Shown here piece after piece: positions 1 to 9,542 of a stretch of 64,000 bases of DNA (positions are counted from its first letter, which is position 1; each line of letters begins with the position of its first letter). The DNA lies in the NCBI GenBank assembly GCA_051251915.1, contig JBPOGF010000003.1, forward strand, positions 128,001 to 192,000, given 5' to 3'. The notes below the pieces were generated by a model. The model saw only the letters and a program-made list of their open reading frames with translations. It searched no databases and was not told the DNA's origin. The stretch comes from Akkermansiaceae bacterium (GTDB lineage: Bacteria; Verrucomicrobiota; Verrucomicrobiia; Verrucomicrobiales; Akkermansiaceae). A program made the translations under genes and the position numbers.

Positions 1-857
1 CGGGCGTTTTTGCCGGTGCTGGTTTTCCAGTTTTTGAACCAGATGACTGGGAGTGGGATTTTGTCTGGGTTGGTGGCGCCGCCTTGTTTGCGTCCAATGA
101 GTGGCTGGCCGTAGACGAGGGCGGTGCAGTCTGCGGGGAGGCTTTCACCTTCTTTGTAGGTGCGGTAGACGTCTGATGGACCCCAGATGTCTTTGACGCC
201 GGTGAGGATGGGGTGGTCTTTCATGGCTTCGACGATGTCTCCGCGGGTGGAGTCTTGGTGCCAGTTGCCGTGGTGGCCTTTGAATCTGCCGCCTAGGAGT
301 TCGCCGAATTTGACTTGTTCGCCGTTGATGGTGTAGGGGAGTGGTTTGCGGAATCCGTGGTTGGCGGTGCGGAGGCCGATGATGGGTTTGCCGGAGTCGA
401 GGTATTTGACGATGTGTTGGAGTTGTTCGTCTGGGAGTGTTAGCTCGCGGATGAGGAAGATGACGAGGTCGGCTTTGTCTAGGTGTTGGAGGCCGGGGAT
501 GTTGTGAGATTTGAATGCGTCTTCTTCGCCTTTTTTGGGGAAGACGGGCATGGTGGGGTCTACTAGTCCTTGGTCATTTACGCCGAAGAGGACTGTGCAG
601 TCGAAGCCGTGGTGTTTAGCGAGGACGTCAGCTAGCATGGGGAGGGATTGCTCGCTGCGGTATTCTTGGTCGGCGGTGATGAGGACGATATGTTTGCCTT
701 TTCCTGGGCCTTCGCCGCCTTGGAATGTGAGCCATTGTTCGTTGGCTTGGGTGGTTGGGAGTGGGTGGGTGTTGGGCTGGACGGCTTGGCTTAGCATGCT
801 GGTGAGTGGGATGCTTAGGCAGAGGAGTGTGGTGAACAATGGGTGGCGAGATTTCAT
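1..857 (-). CDS. Secreted ThuA-like (class I glutamine amidotransferase-like fold) domain protein, 3' end outside window
   Basis: Manual translation from ATG at 857: MKSRHPLFTTLLCLSIPLTSMLSQA...GPGKGKHIVLITADQEYRSEQSLPMLA...GLQHLDKADLVIF...YLDSGKPIIGLRTANHGF, a typical PVC ThuA-like pattern. The frame runs off the window start, so it is not in the ORF track. Confidence 0.7.
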   Translation of the reverse strand, partial: MKSRHPLFTTLLCLSIPLTSMLSQAVQPNTHPLPTTQANEQWLTFQGGEGPGKGKHIVLITADQEYRSEQSLPMLADVLAKHHGFDCTVLFGVNDQGLVDPTMPVFPKKGEEDAFKSHNIPGLQHLDKADLVIFLIRELTLPDEQLQHIVKYLDSGKPIIGLRTANHGFRKPLPYTINGEQVKFGELLGGRFKGHHGNWHQDSTRGDIVEAMKDHPILTGVKDIWGPSDVYRTYKEGESLPADCTALVYGQPLIGRKQGGATNPDKIPLPVIWFKNWKTSTGKNA

Positions 858-870
858 GGAAGTTGTGGGG

Positions 871-2364
871 CTAGTCTTTGGGGATTTCGTTGACTGTGTA
901 GTAGGCTTTGGTGTGGAGGAGGTTTCCGCCGTCTTTGGATTTCATGGGTGCGAAGTCGAAGTCGTGGATGTGGCCTTCGATGATTTTATCGAGTGTGAGG
1001 CGGACTGAGAGTCCGTCTTCTGATGGGACTGCTTTGGTGACTTTGAGTTGTGTTTGGTCTACTTCTGGGCTGCCGTAGCCGGCTTGGTAGATGTGGGTGT
1101 ACGTGTTGATGTTGTAGGTTTCAGGCTTGGCTGCGACTGTGGGGTCGATGGGTTTGGTGAAGTTGATGAGGAATCCGTCTTTCTTGATGTTGATTTCTTT
1201 TACTTCGAATGGCATGATTCCGGTCCAGTCTAGGCGCTGGATGGCGTAGGGTTCTGTGCCGCGGACTGGCCATTGTCTGTTGGTGGTGAATCCGCCGGCG
1301 ATGAGTTGTCCTTTTGGTGAGAATTCTACGTTCATGATGCCTGTGGCTAGGCCTTCTCTGAATGGGTAGCATGCTCCTTGCCAGACGCCGTTGATTTTTT
1401 CTGTGGTGGCGCGGAGGATGAGGCTGAGGGTGTAGTCACCGAGGAAGAATTGATTTTCGAATGGGCCGAACTTTCCGCCTGTGGTGTTTAGTCTGAATCC
1501 TGATATGGAGCGTCCCATTTTGATGTATGGGAAGCGGATGACTGGTGGGACGAGTTCTTTGACGCGTTTTTTCTCGATTTGGAGTCGTGAGCGGGTTTCT
1601 GGTGTGACTGATGGGATGTTGATGTCGGTGAATTGGTACCAGTTGTAGCTTGCTGGGTGTCCTAGGAAGCCGCCTTGTTTGAGGTGCTTGAGGGAGCATG
1701 CTCCGTTCCATGGGCCTTGGCTTTCGATGGTGAACATTTCACCTTCTGCGTTGGCGTCTACGCCGCCTGGGCTACGGAGTCCGCTGCAGACGGGGATCAT
1801 TTCACCTTCTGGGGTGACTTTGACTGCCCAGCCGCGGAAGAGGTTATGGGACTCGTATGAGCTACTTAGTCCGAGGGCGACCCAGATATTTCCTTGTGGG
1901 TCGTGCTTGGATGCGAAGGCGAATTCGTGGCCTTCTGCGTATCCCCAGTTGTTGGTGAGGGTGTCATAGCGGTCTGCGACTCCGTCTCCTGTGGTGTCTG
2001 TGATTTTAGTGACTTCTGCGAACTGGGTGGCGACCATGGAGCCGTCTTTCCAGTCTAGGCTGAAGATTTCATCTTGGCCGGTGGCGAAGAGGTGGTATTT
2101 GGGTTTGACTGGGGTGTCTAGTGCTCCATCGATGAAGTAGATGTCCCCACGGCGTGTGCCTACTGCTAGGCGTCCGTCTGGTAGGAAGTCGAAGCTCCCT
2201 GGTCGTAGTGGGATGTCTGCTGGGATGGGGACATTGACGATGGGGTAGTATTTGGCTTCTTCATCGGCGGTGCCCCACATGGCTCCTAGGTCTTCTGCGA
2301 GTGCGGAAGTGAGTGGTGTGGCTGTGAGGAGGGCGGTGGCTAGTAGAGAATATTTGTTTACCAT
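871..2364 (-). CDS. Secreted beta-propeller protein, glucose/sorbosone dehydrogenase-like (PVC type)
   Basis: 497 aa with signal peptide and propeller-like motifs (LPDGRLAVGTRRGDI, DTTGDGVADRY, GLRSPGG, GKFGPFENQFFLGD). Overlaps the upstream cytochrome gene by 7 nt. Confidence 0.65.
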   Translation of the reverse strand: MVNKYSLLATALLTATPLTSALAEDLGAMWGTADEEAKYYPIVNVPIPADIPLRPGSFDFLPDGRLAVGTRRGDIYFIDGALDTPVKPKYHLFATGQDEIFSLDWKDGSMVATQFAEVTKITDTTGDGVADRYDTLTNNWGYAEGHEFAFASKHDPQGNIWVALGLSSSYESHNLFRGWAVKVTPEGEMIPVCSGLRSPGGVDANAEGEMFTIESQGPWNGACSLKHLKQGGFLGHPASYNWYQFTDINIPSVTPETRSRLQIEKKRVKELVPPVIRFPYIKMGRSISGFRLNTTGGKFGPFENQFFLGDYTLSLILRATTEKINGVWQGACYPFREGLATGIMNVEFSPKGQLIAGGFTTNRQWPVRGTEPYAIQRLDWTGIMPFEVKEINIKKDGFLINFTKPIDPTVAAKPETYNINTYTHIYQAGYGSPEVDQTQLKVTKAVPSEDGLSVRLTLDKIIEGHIHDFDFAPMKSKDGGNLLHTKAYYTVNEIPKD

Positions 2365-5075
2365 TGGTATTCTATTGTGAGTTTAGATGCTCCTTTTGGA
2401 AGCGTGAGTGGGATGAGGAGATCTCCTGGATTTCCTTTACGGATGATAGCTTTGTGGTCTCCTTTGAAGCGGATAGTGAGCTTGTCGATGGTGTAGGTGT
2501 TGTCATCGATTTTGGTGATTTTTTCACCTGATGCGGCGCGGAAGTAGAACTGTTCTTGTGCTGCTGGTGTGTTGAAGCTGAAGGTTCTGACGAACTTGGC
2601 GGTGCCGTTGTCTGTCATGACGTCTTCGAAAAAGTCATCGATGGTGATGTCGCCGTAGTGGTATTGGAATGTGGGTCTACGGAGGTCATCTAGGCGGTAT
2701 CCGCGGAATTGGTATCCGTGGTCGTGTGGGAATTCGTAGTTGGTTTTGCCTTTGTATGGCCAGTGTGTGTCTAGTGACTTGAGGCGGTGGAATGGGATGC
2801 CTGCGGGGAAGGTGATTTGTTCTTTGCCGCTGGCTTTGAATGATCCGTGGTCTACGTCTGCGAAGGTGCCTTTCCAGAGGATGCGTAGTGCCATTTCTTC
2901 TGAGTCGAATGCGAGGTTGAGGCGTTGTGGGTAGCCTACGCCGATTCCGCGGAATCCGGCTGCGGTTCCTCTGCCTCTAACGATTTCTGCTTTTTCGAAG
3001 ACGCGGACTTGGTTAGACTGGCGTGATAGGCCTTCTGGTTTTTTGGCGCGTGGGCCGTCTGAGAGGTAGGTCCAGAGGGCTTCGATTTGTTGATCTGGGA
3101 CTCCGTCTAGGACGTCTGGGCGGATGGATTTGCCACCAGGCCAGAAGCTGGGCATGATGCCTGTTTCGTGGAATCTTGATGGGTTCTGCATGAAGAGGTG
3201 GAACCAGTTTTTCTGGAGGCTCTGGGTGGCGTTGACGAGGTCGAGTGCGCCGGCGCCGGATGAGTTTTTGCCGTTGAAGTCATGGCATGCTACGCAGCTG
3301 AATCCTTTGGGGCCGATCATGTTGTAGCCGGCATTTTTGGATTCTTTGATGCTTTCGATTTCTGGGAATTTGGCTTCTTCGAGTGAGTCTACTTTACCGA
3401 AGAGCTGAGCGAGGTGACCGATGTTGTCTTCGCCGTATTGTGGCATGGTGACGTTCATGTAGTCACGTTGGCGTTGGCCTTTGACGAGGACTTTGTGGAT
3501 CCATTGTGGTTGGAGTTTTGCTCCTACGCTGGTGAGTGTGGGTGGGATTCTGCCTTGGTCACCGAGTTCTGGGTGTGTGCCGGTGAAGAAGTCGAGTCTG
3601 TCTGGGCTGATGGCTCCTACTCCTTCTCTTTCGTGACATGCTGTGCAGTTGAATGTGACGAGTGTTTTGTTGATGGTTTCTGCGTTGCTTAGTGGCTTGG
3701 TGGCGGTGGTGTTTAGGCTCTTGGTAATGAGCTGGTGTTGTTCTTCGCTGAGGTTGTATTGTGGGACGTGCTTGTCTAGCTTGACGATGGTTGCTGGGGT
3801 GCTGAGGCAGCCTTTGTCAGAGGTAAGTTTTGAGAATGGGGTGTTGGTGGGAGCTTCAAGTCCGAGGTCATCGTGACAACTTGCACATCCGAGGGCGGTG
3901 AAGTGTTCGCGTCCTTGGGCGGCGAGTGCTTTGTTGACCTCGATGGGTTTGTATTCAGGGATGGTTTCTTTTGAGACTGATAGTTTTGATGATGGGACTG
4001 GAGCACGGTCGAAGTCTGGGCCTTTCATGTCAAATGAGAGGGCTGGGTAGTCTCCGGTGTGGTAGTAGATGAATTTTACTTTTTTGAGGCCTGGTTTTAG
4101 GTTGAGGGTTTTTACGAATTCTTGTGGTGCGCGCATTTGGCTGGGCGTTTGCGAGAAGAGTTCTTGGCCGTCGATGCTGAGGGAGCCGCCGTTGAGGCTG
4201 ATGTAGAATGTGTGTTCACCGGGTGTGGTGATGTTTAGATAGCCTTCGAATTCGATGGCGAATGAGCGTCTGATTTCGCCGAGGCTTTTTAGGTCGAAGT
4301 CTTTGGTGTGGCCTGCGCGGATGGTTCTGACTCCGTCTGTGCCGATGCCTTCCCAGATGCTGCCTTGGTGGAGGGTGTAGTTGAGGTGGCCGGGGATTTT
4401 GGTGTCTTTGAGGAGGTAGTGGGCGATGTCTATGACTTCTTTTGCGGGGAGGTTGAGCTTTGGCATGCGTCCGGATGGGCGGACTGCGTGTGGGTTGTTG
4501 AGGAACTTGACGAGGCTTTTGTGGCTGTATTTCTTGCCGAGGTCACCGAGTGGTGCGGAGGTGTCTGGCATTGTTTCTGAGCCGTCTTCGCCGCGTGGTG
4601 AGTGGCAGGATACGCAGCCTCTGGCGTGGAAGAGTTGTTGGCCTTGGGTGGCGGCTACTAGGTCTGGGACTTGTGGTGTGAAGTCATTTTTCTTGAGCGA
4701 GAGGAGGAAGTGGGTGAGGGACTTGGCGACTTCTGCTTTCTTTTCTGGGTCAATGCTCGCGAGCATGTCTGGCATGGTGGTGCCCGGTTTGGTGCCGTGT
4801 GGGTCGCTGATGAAGGTTTCGAGATAGTGTGGGTTCACTCGTGAGCCGATGTCTGCTAGGCGAGGTGCTACTTTTGAGTTGGCGGCAAATGGTGCATCGC
4901 TTTGGTGGCAGGCGGCGCAGTTGAGTTCTTCCATCAGGATGCGTCCTTTGAGGTCTGCGGGGAGCTCGGTTGCCTCCAGTCCGGGGACGATGGGGTGCGC
5001 GAGGAGTGCTGGTGCTAGTGTGAGAAGAAGCAGACCTGCTTTGATGGATGTTTGTGTTATTTTTTGATAAGGCAT
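2358..5075 (-). CDS. Multi-heme c-type cytochrome with PA14-like domain
   Basis: Five CxxCH motifs (CAACH, CVSCH, CASCH, CTACH, CVACH), a PA14-like segment (FAIEFEGYLNITTPGEHTFY...GGSLSIDG) and a signal peptide. ATG 5075 is preferred over GTG 5090. Confidence 0.8.
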   Translation of the reverse strand: MPYQKITQTSIKAGLLLLTLAPALLAHPIVPGLEATELPADLKGRILMEELNCAACHQSDAPFAANSKVAPRLADIGSRVNPHYLETFISDPHGTKPGTTMPDMLASIDPEKKAEVAKSLTHFLLSLKKNDFTPQVPDLVAATQGQQLFHARGCVSCHSPRGEDGSETMPDTSAPLGDLGKKYSHKSLVKFLNNPHAVRPSGRMPKLNLPAKEVIDIAHYLLKDTKIPGHLNYTLHQGSIWEGIGTDGVRTIRAGHTKDFDLKSLGEIRRSFAIEFEGYLNITTPGEHTFYISLNGGSLSIDGQELFSQTPSQMRAPQEFVKTLNLKPGLKKVKFIYYHTGDYPALSFDMKGPDFDRAPVPSSKLSVSKETIPEYKPIEVNKALAAQGREHFTALGCASCHDDLGLEAPTNTPFSKLTSDKGCLSTPATIVKLDKHVPQYNLSEEQHQLITKSLNTTATKPLSNAETINKTLVTFNCTACHEREGVGAISPDRLDFFTGTHPELGDQGRIPPTLTSVGAKLQPQWIHKVLVKGQRQRDYMNVTMPQYGEDNIGHLAQLFGKVDSLEEAKFPEIESIKESKNAGYNMIGPKGFSCVACHDFNGKNSSGAGALDLVNATQSLQKNWFHLFMQNPSRFHETGIMPSFWPGGKSIRPDVLDGVPDQQIEALWTYLSDGPRAKKPEGLSRQSNQVRVFEKAEIVRGRGTAAGFRGIGVGYPQRLNLAFDSEEMALRILWKGTFADVDHGSFKASGKEQITFPAGIPFHRLKSLDTHWPYKGKTNYEFPHDHGYQFRGYRLDDLRRPTFQYHYGDITIDDFFEDVMTDNGTAKFVRTFSFNTPAAQEQFYFRAASGEKITKIDDNTYTIDKLTIRFKGDHKAIIRKGNPGDLLIPLTLPKGASKLTIEYQW

Positions 5076-5369
5076 GTTTGAAATCACCAAGTTATTTTGA
5101 GTGTCATTTTCCAGTGGAAACGAGCTGCTGGGGAGAGGTGTGAAAAAATGATAGCAGTTACCGCACCATATGCTTTGGAGGTGGGAAGTAAATCATTAAA
5201 CTCCATGATCCAAAGCGGTAGCAGTTTGGGTTGTGTGGATTATAAATACAATTATGAATGTATTCGTGGTTCAATTCGTAGGTTGTGGCTTAAAGAATGA
5301 GCAAATATTCTTCAATTTGGTGGTCTCGGTTTTAGTTGCAGTGTAGGTTTTGCCAACTTTACGGAATTT

Positions 5370-5864
5370 ATGAAGGGTATGGAAATTGAAATCAATCTAG
5401 CGGATTATTTAAATGAGAAGCATCAACGGGAGATCCCGATGTTGTTGAACTCTTATGCCTCGGATCCGATGGGTGGTGGGGTGCCTCTGGATGAAAATGT
5501 TAGAGAGATTCTAGTGTCTGAGTTGGCGAAGATTCAGGGAGCGTTTTCGGTGCTAGCTTATGTGGATGGTGAGGTAGCGGGGTTGGTGAATTGTTTTGGG
5601 GCATTTTCAACTTTTACGTGTAAGCCGATTGTGAATATTCACGATGTGGTGGTGCTGCCTAAGTATAGGGGGCATAGGCTTAGCCAGAAAATGTTAGATA
5701 AGGTGGAGGAGGTGGCGCGTGGGCGTGGGTGTTGTAAAATCACGCTGGAGGTGCTGAGTAAGAATGAGGTGGCGAAGGCTGCTTACCAGAAGTTTGGTTT
5801 TGCGGGGTATGAGCTGGATCCGAAGGATGGGATGGCTTTGTTTTGGGAGAAGTCTCTGGGGTAG
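5370..5864 (+). CDS. GNAT family N-acetyltransferase
   Basis: VNIHDVVVLPKYRGHRLS acetyl-CoA motif; LEVLSKNEVAKAAYQKFGF. Confidence 0.85.
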   Translation: MKGMEIEINLADYLNEKHQREIPMLLNSYASDPMGGGVPLDENVREILVSELAKIQGAFSVLAYVDGEVAGLVNCFGAFSTFTCKPIVNIHDVVVLPKYRGHRLSQKMLDKVEEVARGRGCCKITLEVLSKNEVAKAAYQKFGFAGYELDPKDGMALFWEKSLG

Positions 5865-5874
5865 TTTTTTTTTT

Positions 5875-5913
5875 GAACCACGGAAGGCGCGGAAAGCACG
5901 GAACAGGGTTGAT
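5875..5913 (+). repeat. Intergenic triple-unit repeat element (T-run + ACCACGGAA-N-CGCGGAA-N-CACGGAA)
   Basis: Close match to 61142-61179, including the downstream AGGGTTGAT. Confidence 0.7.
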
Positions 5914-5937
5914 GGGGAGTGAAGTTGGGGTGAGGTG

Positions 5938-6429
5938 CTAGGTTGCGAAGAGGTTTTTGAGGTCTTTGTCTTCTGGGGCTCTGAGTTCTAGTTCTGGGTC
6001 TAGTTCGATGGATTTGTTGAGGCAGGTTTGGGCGTCTGTTAGGTTTCCTAGGACGGAGTGGTAGCAGGCTAGGTTGTAGTGGTAGAGTGGGTCGCCGAGG
6101 AGAACCTTGGGGCCTGCGAGGAGTTGGCGGAGGGCGGCTAGAGTTTCACCCATTTCGTGGAGGCAGAATGCGGCGTGGATGAAGTAGGCTTTTTCTCTGC
6201 TGTCCATTTTGCAGAGTTCTTGGGCTGTTGCTGCAGCTGGATTCCAGAGTTGGAGCATCATCTGGGTGGCGAGGAGGAGCTCCTTGTAGCGCTCGGAGTT
6301 TTGCTCTTTTGAGGGCATATTTCGGAGTTCGATGAGGGCGTCTTCGGCCATCTCGAGTTGTAGGTATCCTTCGACTACTTCTAAATCATTCACTACTTCA
6401 TACTCTGCTAGTAGATATTGATAGCGCAA
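5938..6429 (-). CDS. Small TPR protein
   Basis: GYLQLEM..DA; HAAFCLHEMG; YNLACYHSVLGN..A..CL.KSIELDP. Start is uncertain (TTG 6429 or an internal GTG). Confidence 0.75.
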   Translation of the reverse strand: MRYQYLLAEYEVVNDLEVVEGYLQLEMAEDALIELRNMPSKEQNSERYKELLLATQMMLQLWNPAAATAQELCKMDSREKAYFIHAAFCLHEMGETLAALRQLLAGPKVLLGDPLYHYNLACYHSVLGNLTDAQTCLNKSIELDPELELRAPEDKDLKNLFAT

Positions 6430-6475
6430 GTTTTTTCTAAAGGTAGCGTGGATGGAGGCAAGCTAGGGGGTTTGT

Positions 6476-6504
6476 ACCACGAATCTGCACGAATGTTCAC
6501 GAAT
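6476..6504 (+). repeat. Intergenic triple CACGAAT repeat element
   Basis: ACCACGAATCTGCACGAATGTTCACGAAT, 10-nt period; same family as 8386-8413 and 61223-61251. Confidence 0.7.
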
Positions 6505-6769
6505 CTGTGGATGATGAAGCCGTGTATGATGAATTGGGAATTGTGGTAGGTACTGAATTTGAGCAAACCTAGTATATTGAAACAATGTATCTATTCTTAG
6601 CTTGTTTTTATTGATGGCCAGGGATGATGGGGGGGGATGAGAGGGAAGGTGTGATGTCTTAGATGATGGTGGTTAGATGGTCATTTTTTTAACCCGTTGG
6701 GGGCTGACAATGGTCATCTTGGTTGGGTTTAGGCATTGACTCTGGGGGGTAATGTGAGTTCTTAGGGCT

Positions 6770-8353
6770 ATGAATATTATATTTCGCTTCTTGGTAACAG
6801 CGCTGACTCTATCTCAACTATCCGCCGCACAGGGTTTGCCAAATATAGTGATTATCTATGCTGACGACTTGGGTTATGGTGATCTTTCTTGTTATAATAG
6901 TGAGTCAGCTTACAAGACGCCGAGATTGGATCAGATGGCGGCGGAGGGGATTCGGTTCACGGATGCTCACAGTCCATCTACGATTTGTTCTCCTTCTCGG
7001 TATGGGTTATTTTCTGGTCAGCAAGTTCACAGAACGGGTCGGAGGAGTTCAGCATTTGAGGGGCCAGGGGGGCCAAGTTTCATTAAGGAGGGGGAGATGA
7101 CGGTGGCGGATATGCTGAAGAAGTCAGGGTACCGGACTGGGATATTTGGTAAGTGGCATGTGGGTTTATCATGGTTTGATAAGGATGGGAATAGGCTCAG
7201 GGGTGGGTTTGATAATGCGAAGTTGATTGATTATGAGAAGAGCACTCCGCTGATCGATGGGCCTAATCGGCGTGGGTTTGATGAGTCATTTGTGACTCCA
7301 AACTGTCCGACTACTGATCCGCTGTATGTTTACATTGAGAATGGGATGGTTCCTGTGCCGGCGAACCAGAAATATGTGAGGGATGAAGTTCCTAATCCGG
7401 TTGGTAAGTGGCGTTGGGATAATGACGAGGGCTGGATGGCGCCTGGGTATGACTTTATGAAGGCTGATCTGCTTTTTTATGATAAGACGATAGATTTCAT
7501 CACTAGGCATAGGGAATTGACGCCAGAGAAGCCATTTTTTGCGGTTTTATCTACTCAGATTGCGCATGCGCCTGTGCTGCCTGCTGCTGAATTTAATGGT
7601 AAGACGGAGGCTGGTCCGCGAGGAGATTTTATTTATGAATTAGATGCGTTGGTTGGTAGATTATTGGATCAGTTGGAGGATATGGGGATAGATGACAATA
7701 CGATAGTGATGTTCAACACTGATAATGGGCCGGAGACGATGCATGCGATCTGGATGAAAAAAGACTATCATCATGATGCTGCTGGTGGGTTCCGCGGTGT
7801 GAAGAGAGATGGGTGGGAAGGTGGTCACCGGGTGCCGTTTATTGTTCGCTGGCCGGCACGCATTCCGGCTGGGCAGGTGAGTGCACAGATGACGAATACG
7901 ACGGATATTTTTGCGACTTTGGCATCTGCAACTGGGTTTACATTGCCTGATGATGTGGCTGTGGATAGTTTTGATATGTTGCCGGTGATGCTAGGGGTTC
8001 AGCCAGAGGGTGAGTCTGTGCGTCCGCATATGTTGACTCAGAGTTTCAGGTCTGAGTTTCAGCTTAGAGTTGGAGATTGGAAATATCTTGCTCACCAGGG
8101 ATCTGGTGGAAATAACTACGAACGGGGGGAAATGGCTCCGTATGCAACACCTATCACTGAGCCTGATGCTCCTGGGCAGCTTTACAATCTAGGGTTGGAT
8201 TCTGCTGAAAAGGATAATCTTTTTTATAAGGAAAAAGAGAGATGTGAGAGCATGCAGGAGTTGCTTAAGAAGTTGACTGTGAAGGAGGGTGGGCGAAGTG
8301 CTTTGCTTGATCGCAAGCCGCTTGATATGAGTAAGGTTCCGGTGATAAAGTAG
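6770..8353 (+). CDS. Sulfatase (formylglycine-dependent, Cys type)
   Basis: PNIVIIYADDLGYGD, CSPSR signature, GYRTGIFGKWHVG, WEGGHRVPFIVRWP; signal peptide. Confidence 0.92.
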   Translation: MNIIFRFLVTALTLSQLSAAQGLPNIVIIYADDLGYGDLSCYNSESAYKTPRLDQMAAEGIRFTDAHSPSTICSPSRYGLFSGQQVHRTGRRSSAFEGPGGPSFIKEGEMTVADMLKKSGYRTGIFGKWHVGLSWFDKDGNRLRGGFDNAKLIDYEKSTPLIDGPNRRGFDESFVTPNCPTTDPLYVYIENGMVPVPANQKYVRDEVPNPVGKWRWDNDEGWMAPGYDFMKADLLFYDKTIDFITRHRELTPEKPFFAVLSTQIAHAPVLPAAEFNGKTEAGPRGDFIYELDALVGRLLDQLEDMGIDDNTIVMFNTDNGPETMHAIWMKKDYHHDAAGGFRGVKRDGWEGGHRVPFIVRWPARIPAGQVSAQMTNTTDIFATLASATGFTLPDDVAVDSFDMLPVMLGVQPEGESVRPHMLTQSFRSEFQLRVGDWKYLAHQGSGGNNYERGEMAPYATPITEPDAPGQLYNLGLDSAEKDNLFYKEKERCESMQELLKKLTVKEGGRSALLDRKPLDMSKVPVIK

Positions 8354-8385
8354 GTGGTAAGGGGGGGAAAGGTAAGGATTTTTTT

Positions 8386-8465
8386 ACCACGAATAACACG
8401 AATCTTCACGAATGTGACAGCCTAGAGCTTTTTTTTTGACCGCTAAATACATGACAATCACGAAA
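8386..8465 (+). repeat. Two copies of the T-run + triple CACGAA repeat element
   Basis: ACCACGAATAACACGAATCTTCACGAAT (8386-8413) and a degenerate ACCGCTAAATACATGACAATCACGAAA (8439-8465), each preceded by a T-run. Confidence 0.6.
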
Positions 8466-8870
8466 CCATTACGATGAAACCTGAATAGGAGTATTTTAAA
8501 TGAGAGAATAGCGCCGAATTAGGCTGAACAAATATGGCGTACTAGTTCGTGTTTGCCTGGCTTGGTTGCACTGAGTAGGTGGGAGATGATTCTTGGTTGT
8601 TGAGGAGTGCTAGTTTTCGTTGGGGTAGATTTGATGATGAACAGTGTCTTGATGTTGTAGATTATAAGCAAGTTATGAATGAGTGATGTGTTTCGTGAAA
8701 ATATCAGAAATGAAATGAATCCCCAATATAAACAAATGCTGGATAAAATTAACTTGTCTGAAAAGTGGATGACCACTACAAATCAATCACTTAACATAAT
8801 ATTACTATGAATACAAAATCACCTCACTTCCTAATCTCAATCACCCAGCTGAATATCAGCTAGTGCCATA

Positions 8871-8888
8871 CTAATAACACTGTTAGCC
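8871..8888 (+). other. Putative integron attI-like site / first cassette core site
   Basis: CTAATAACACT-GTTAGCC. The core GTTAGCC (8882-8888) is the exact reverse complement of GGCTAAC at the end of the next gene. No attC hairpin precedes it, and the A-rich 5' part resembles attI L-box/spacer sequences. Confidence 0.5.
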
Positions 8889-8898
8889 TAAAAAATAT

Positions 8899-9486
8899 AT
8901 GAGTCGCCCAGCAACTCCCAAACAAATTGCCTACTTTAACTACATGGGCGTCAAAAAAGCTCATAGAATGTCGTTTGACGAAGCATCAGCTCTATTCGAC
9001 AAGCTGCTGGAAGCCGATGACAAGCTATTATCATCAATGGGATTCAAGTCATATGAAGCATTTCATGACAGAAAGAGCCAGTGGTTTACTGAACGATTTA
9101 TTCTGCATCCTGCTCTCTACGCGGATGAGATCCAGAATATGCTCGATTATGAGCTTCCTGATCTTCTGCATACTTATGCAAGAGGCCAAGTAGTTGGGGC
9201 ATCAGAAAGATTAACAAAGCCAAAAATTAAGAAGGTTATCGATAGTTTACTGGGGGAGTCAGAGCAATGGTGGCAATCCAAAAATAGAAACCAAATATTT
9301 TTTCAACGACTTTCTGAGTTATATCCAGATTGCGTGGATGGCCGAGCCCCGGATAAGCGCAAGCCCAAGAAGAACAATAAACAAAAATCGAAGGATCAAT
9401 CTAAGAAATCTAGTTGTGGTTGTCTAGTAATCATCATTCTCATTATCCTAGTCGCACTATACGCATACAGCCGCATACAAGGCTAA
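8899..9486 (+). CDS. Integron cassette 1: hypothetical protein with N-terminal PATxKQ...EASxL motif and C-terminal TM anchor
   Basis: 195 aa. Starts 10 nt after the core site, and its stop TAA lies inside the inverse core GGCTAAC. C-terminus SSCGCLVIIILIILVALYAY. Confidence 0.75.
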   Translation: MSRPATPKQIAYFNYMGVKKAHRMSFDEASALFDKLLEADDKLLSSMGFKSYEAFHDRKSQWFTERFILHPALYADEIQNMLDYELPDLLHTYARGQVVGASERLTKPKIKKVIDSLLGESEQWWQSKNRNQIFFQRLSELYPDCVDGRAPDKRKPKKNNKQKSKDQSKKSSCGCLVIIILIILVALYAYSRIQG

Positions 9487-9542
9487 CCCCAAAGATAGCT
9501 TCTCATCGGAGCGATAGCGGAGCATGAGAGTTATCGGTTGTT
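9481..9542 (+). other. attC site (cassette 1)
   Basis: R'' GGCTAAC; the arm GATAGC[T]TCTCAT pairs with ATGAGAGTTATC with one extrahelical base; loop CGGAGCGATAGCGGAGC; R' GTT at 9540-9542. Confidence 0.7.

Noticed and set aside
6476..8465. Short periodic repeats as a CRISPR array
   Set aside because: Units are 7-10 nt with no 25-45 nt repeats, no unique spacers and no cas genes.
8354..8880. Integron integrase upstream of the first cassette
   Set aside because: No long ORF or tyrosine-recombinase motif is recognisable; ORF 8519-8776 looks spurious.
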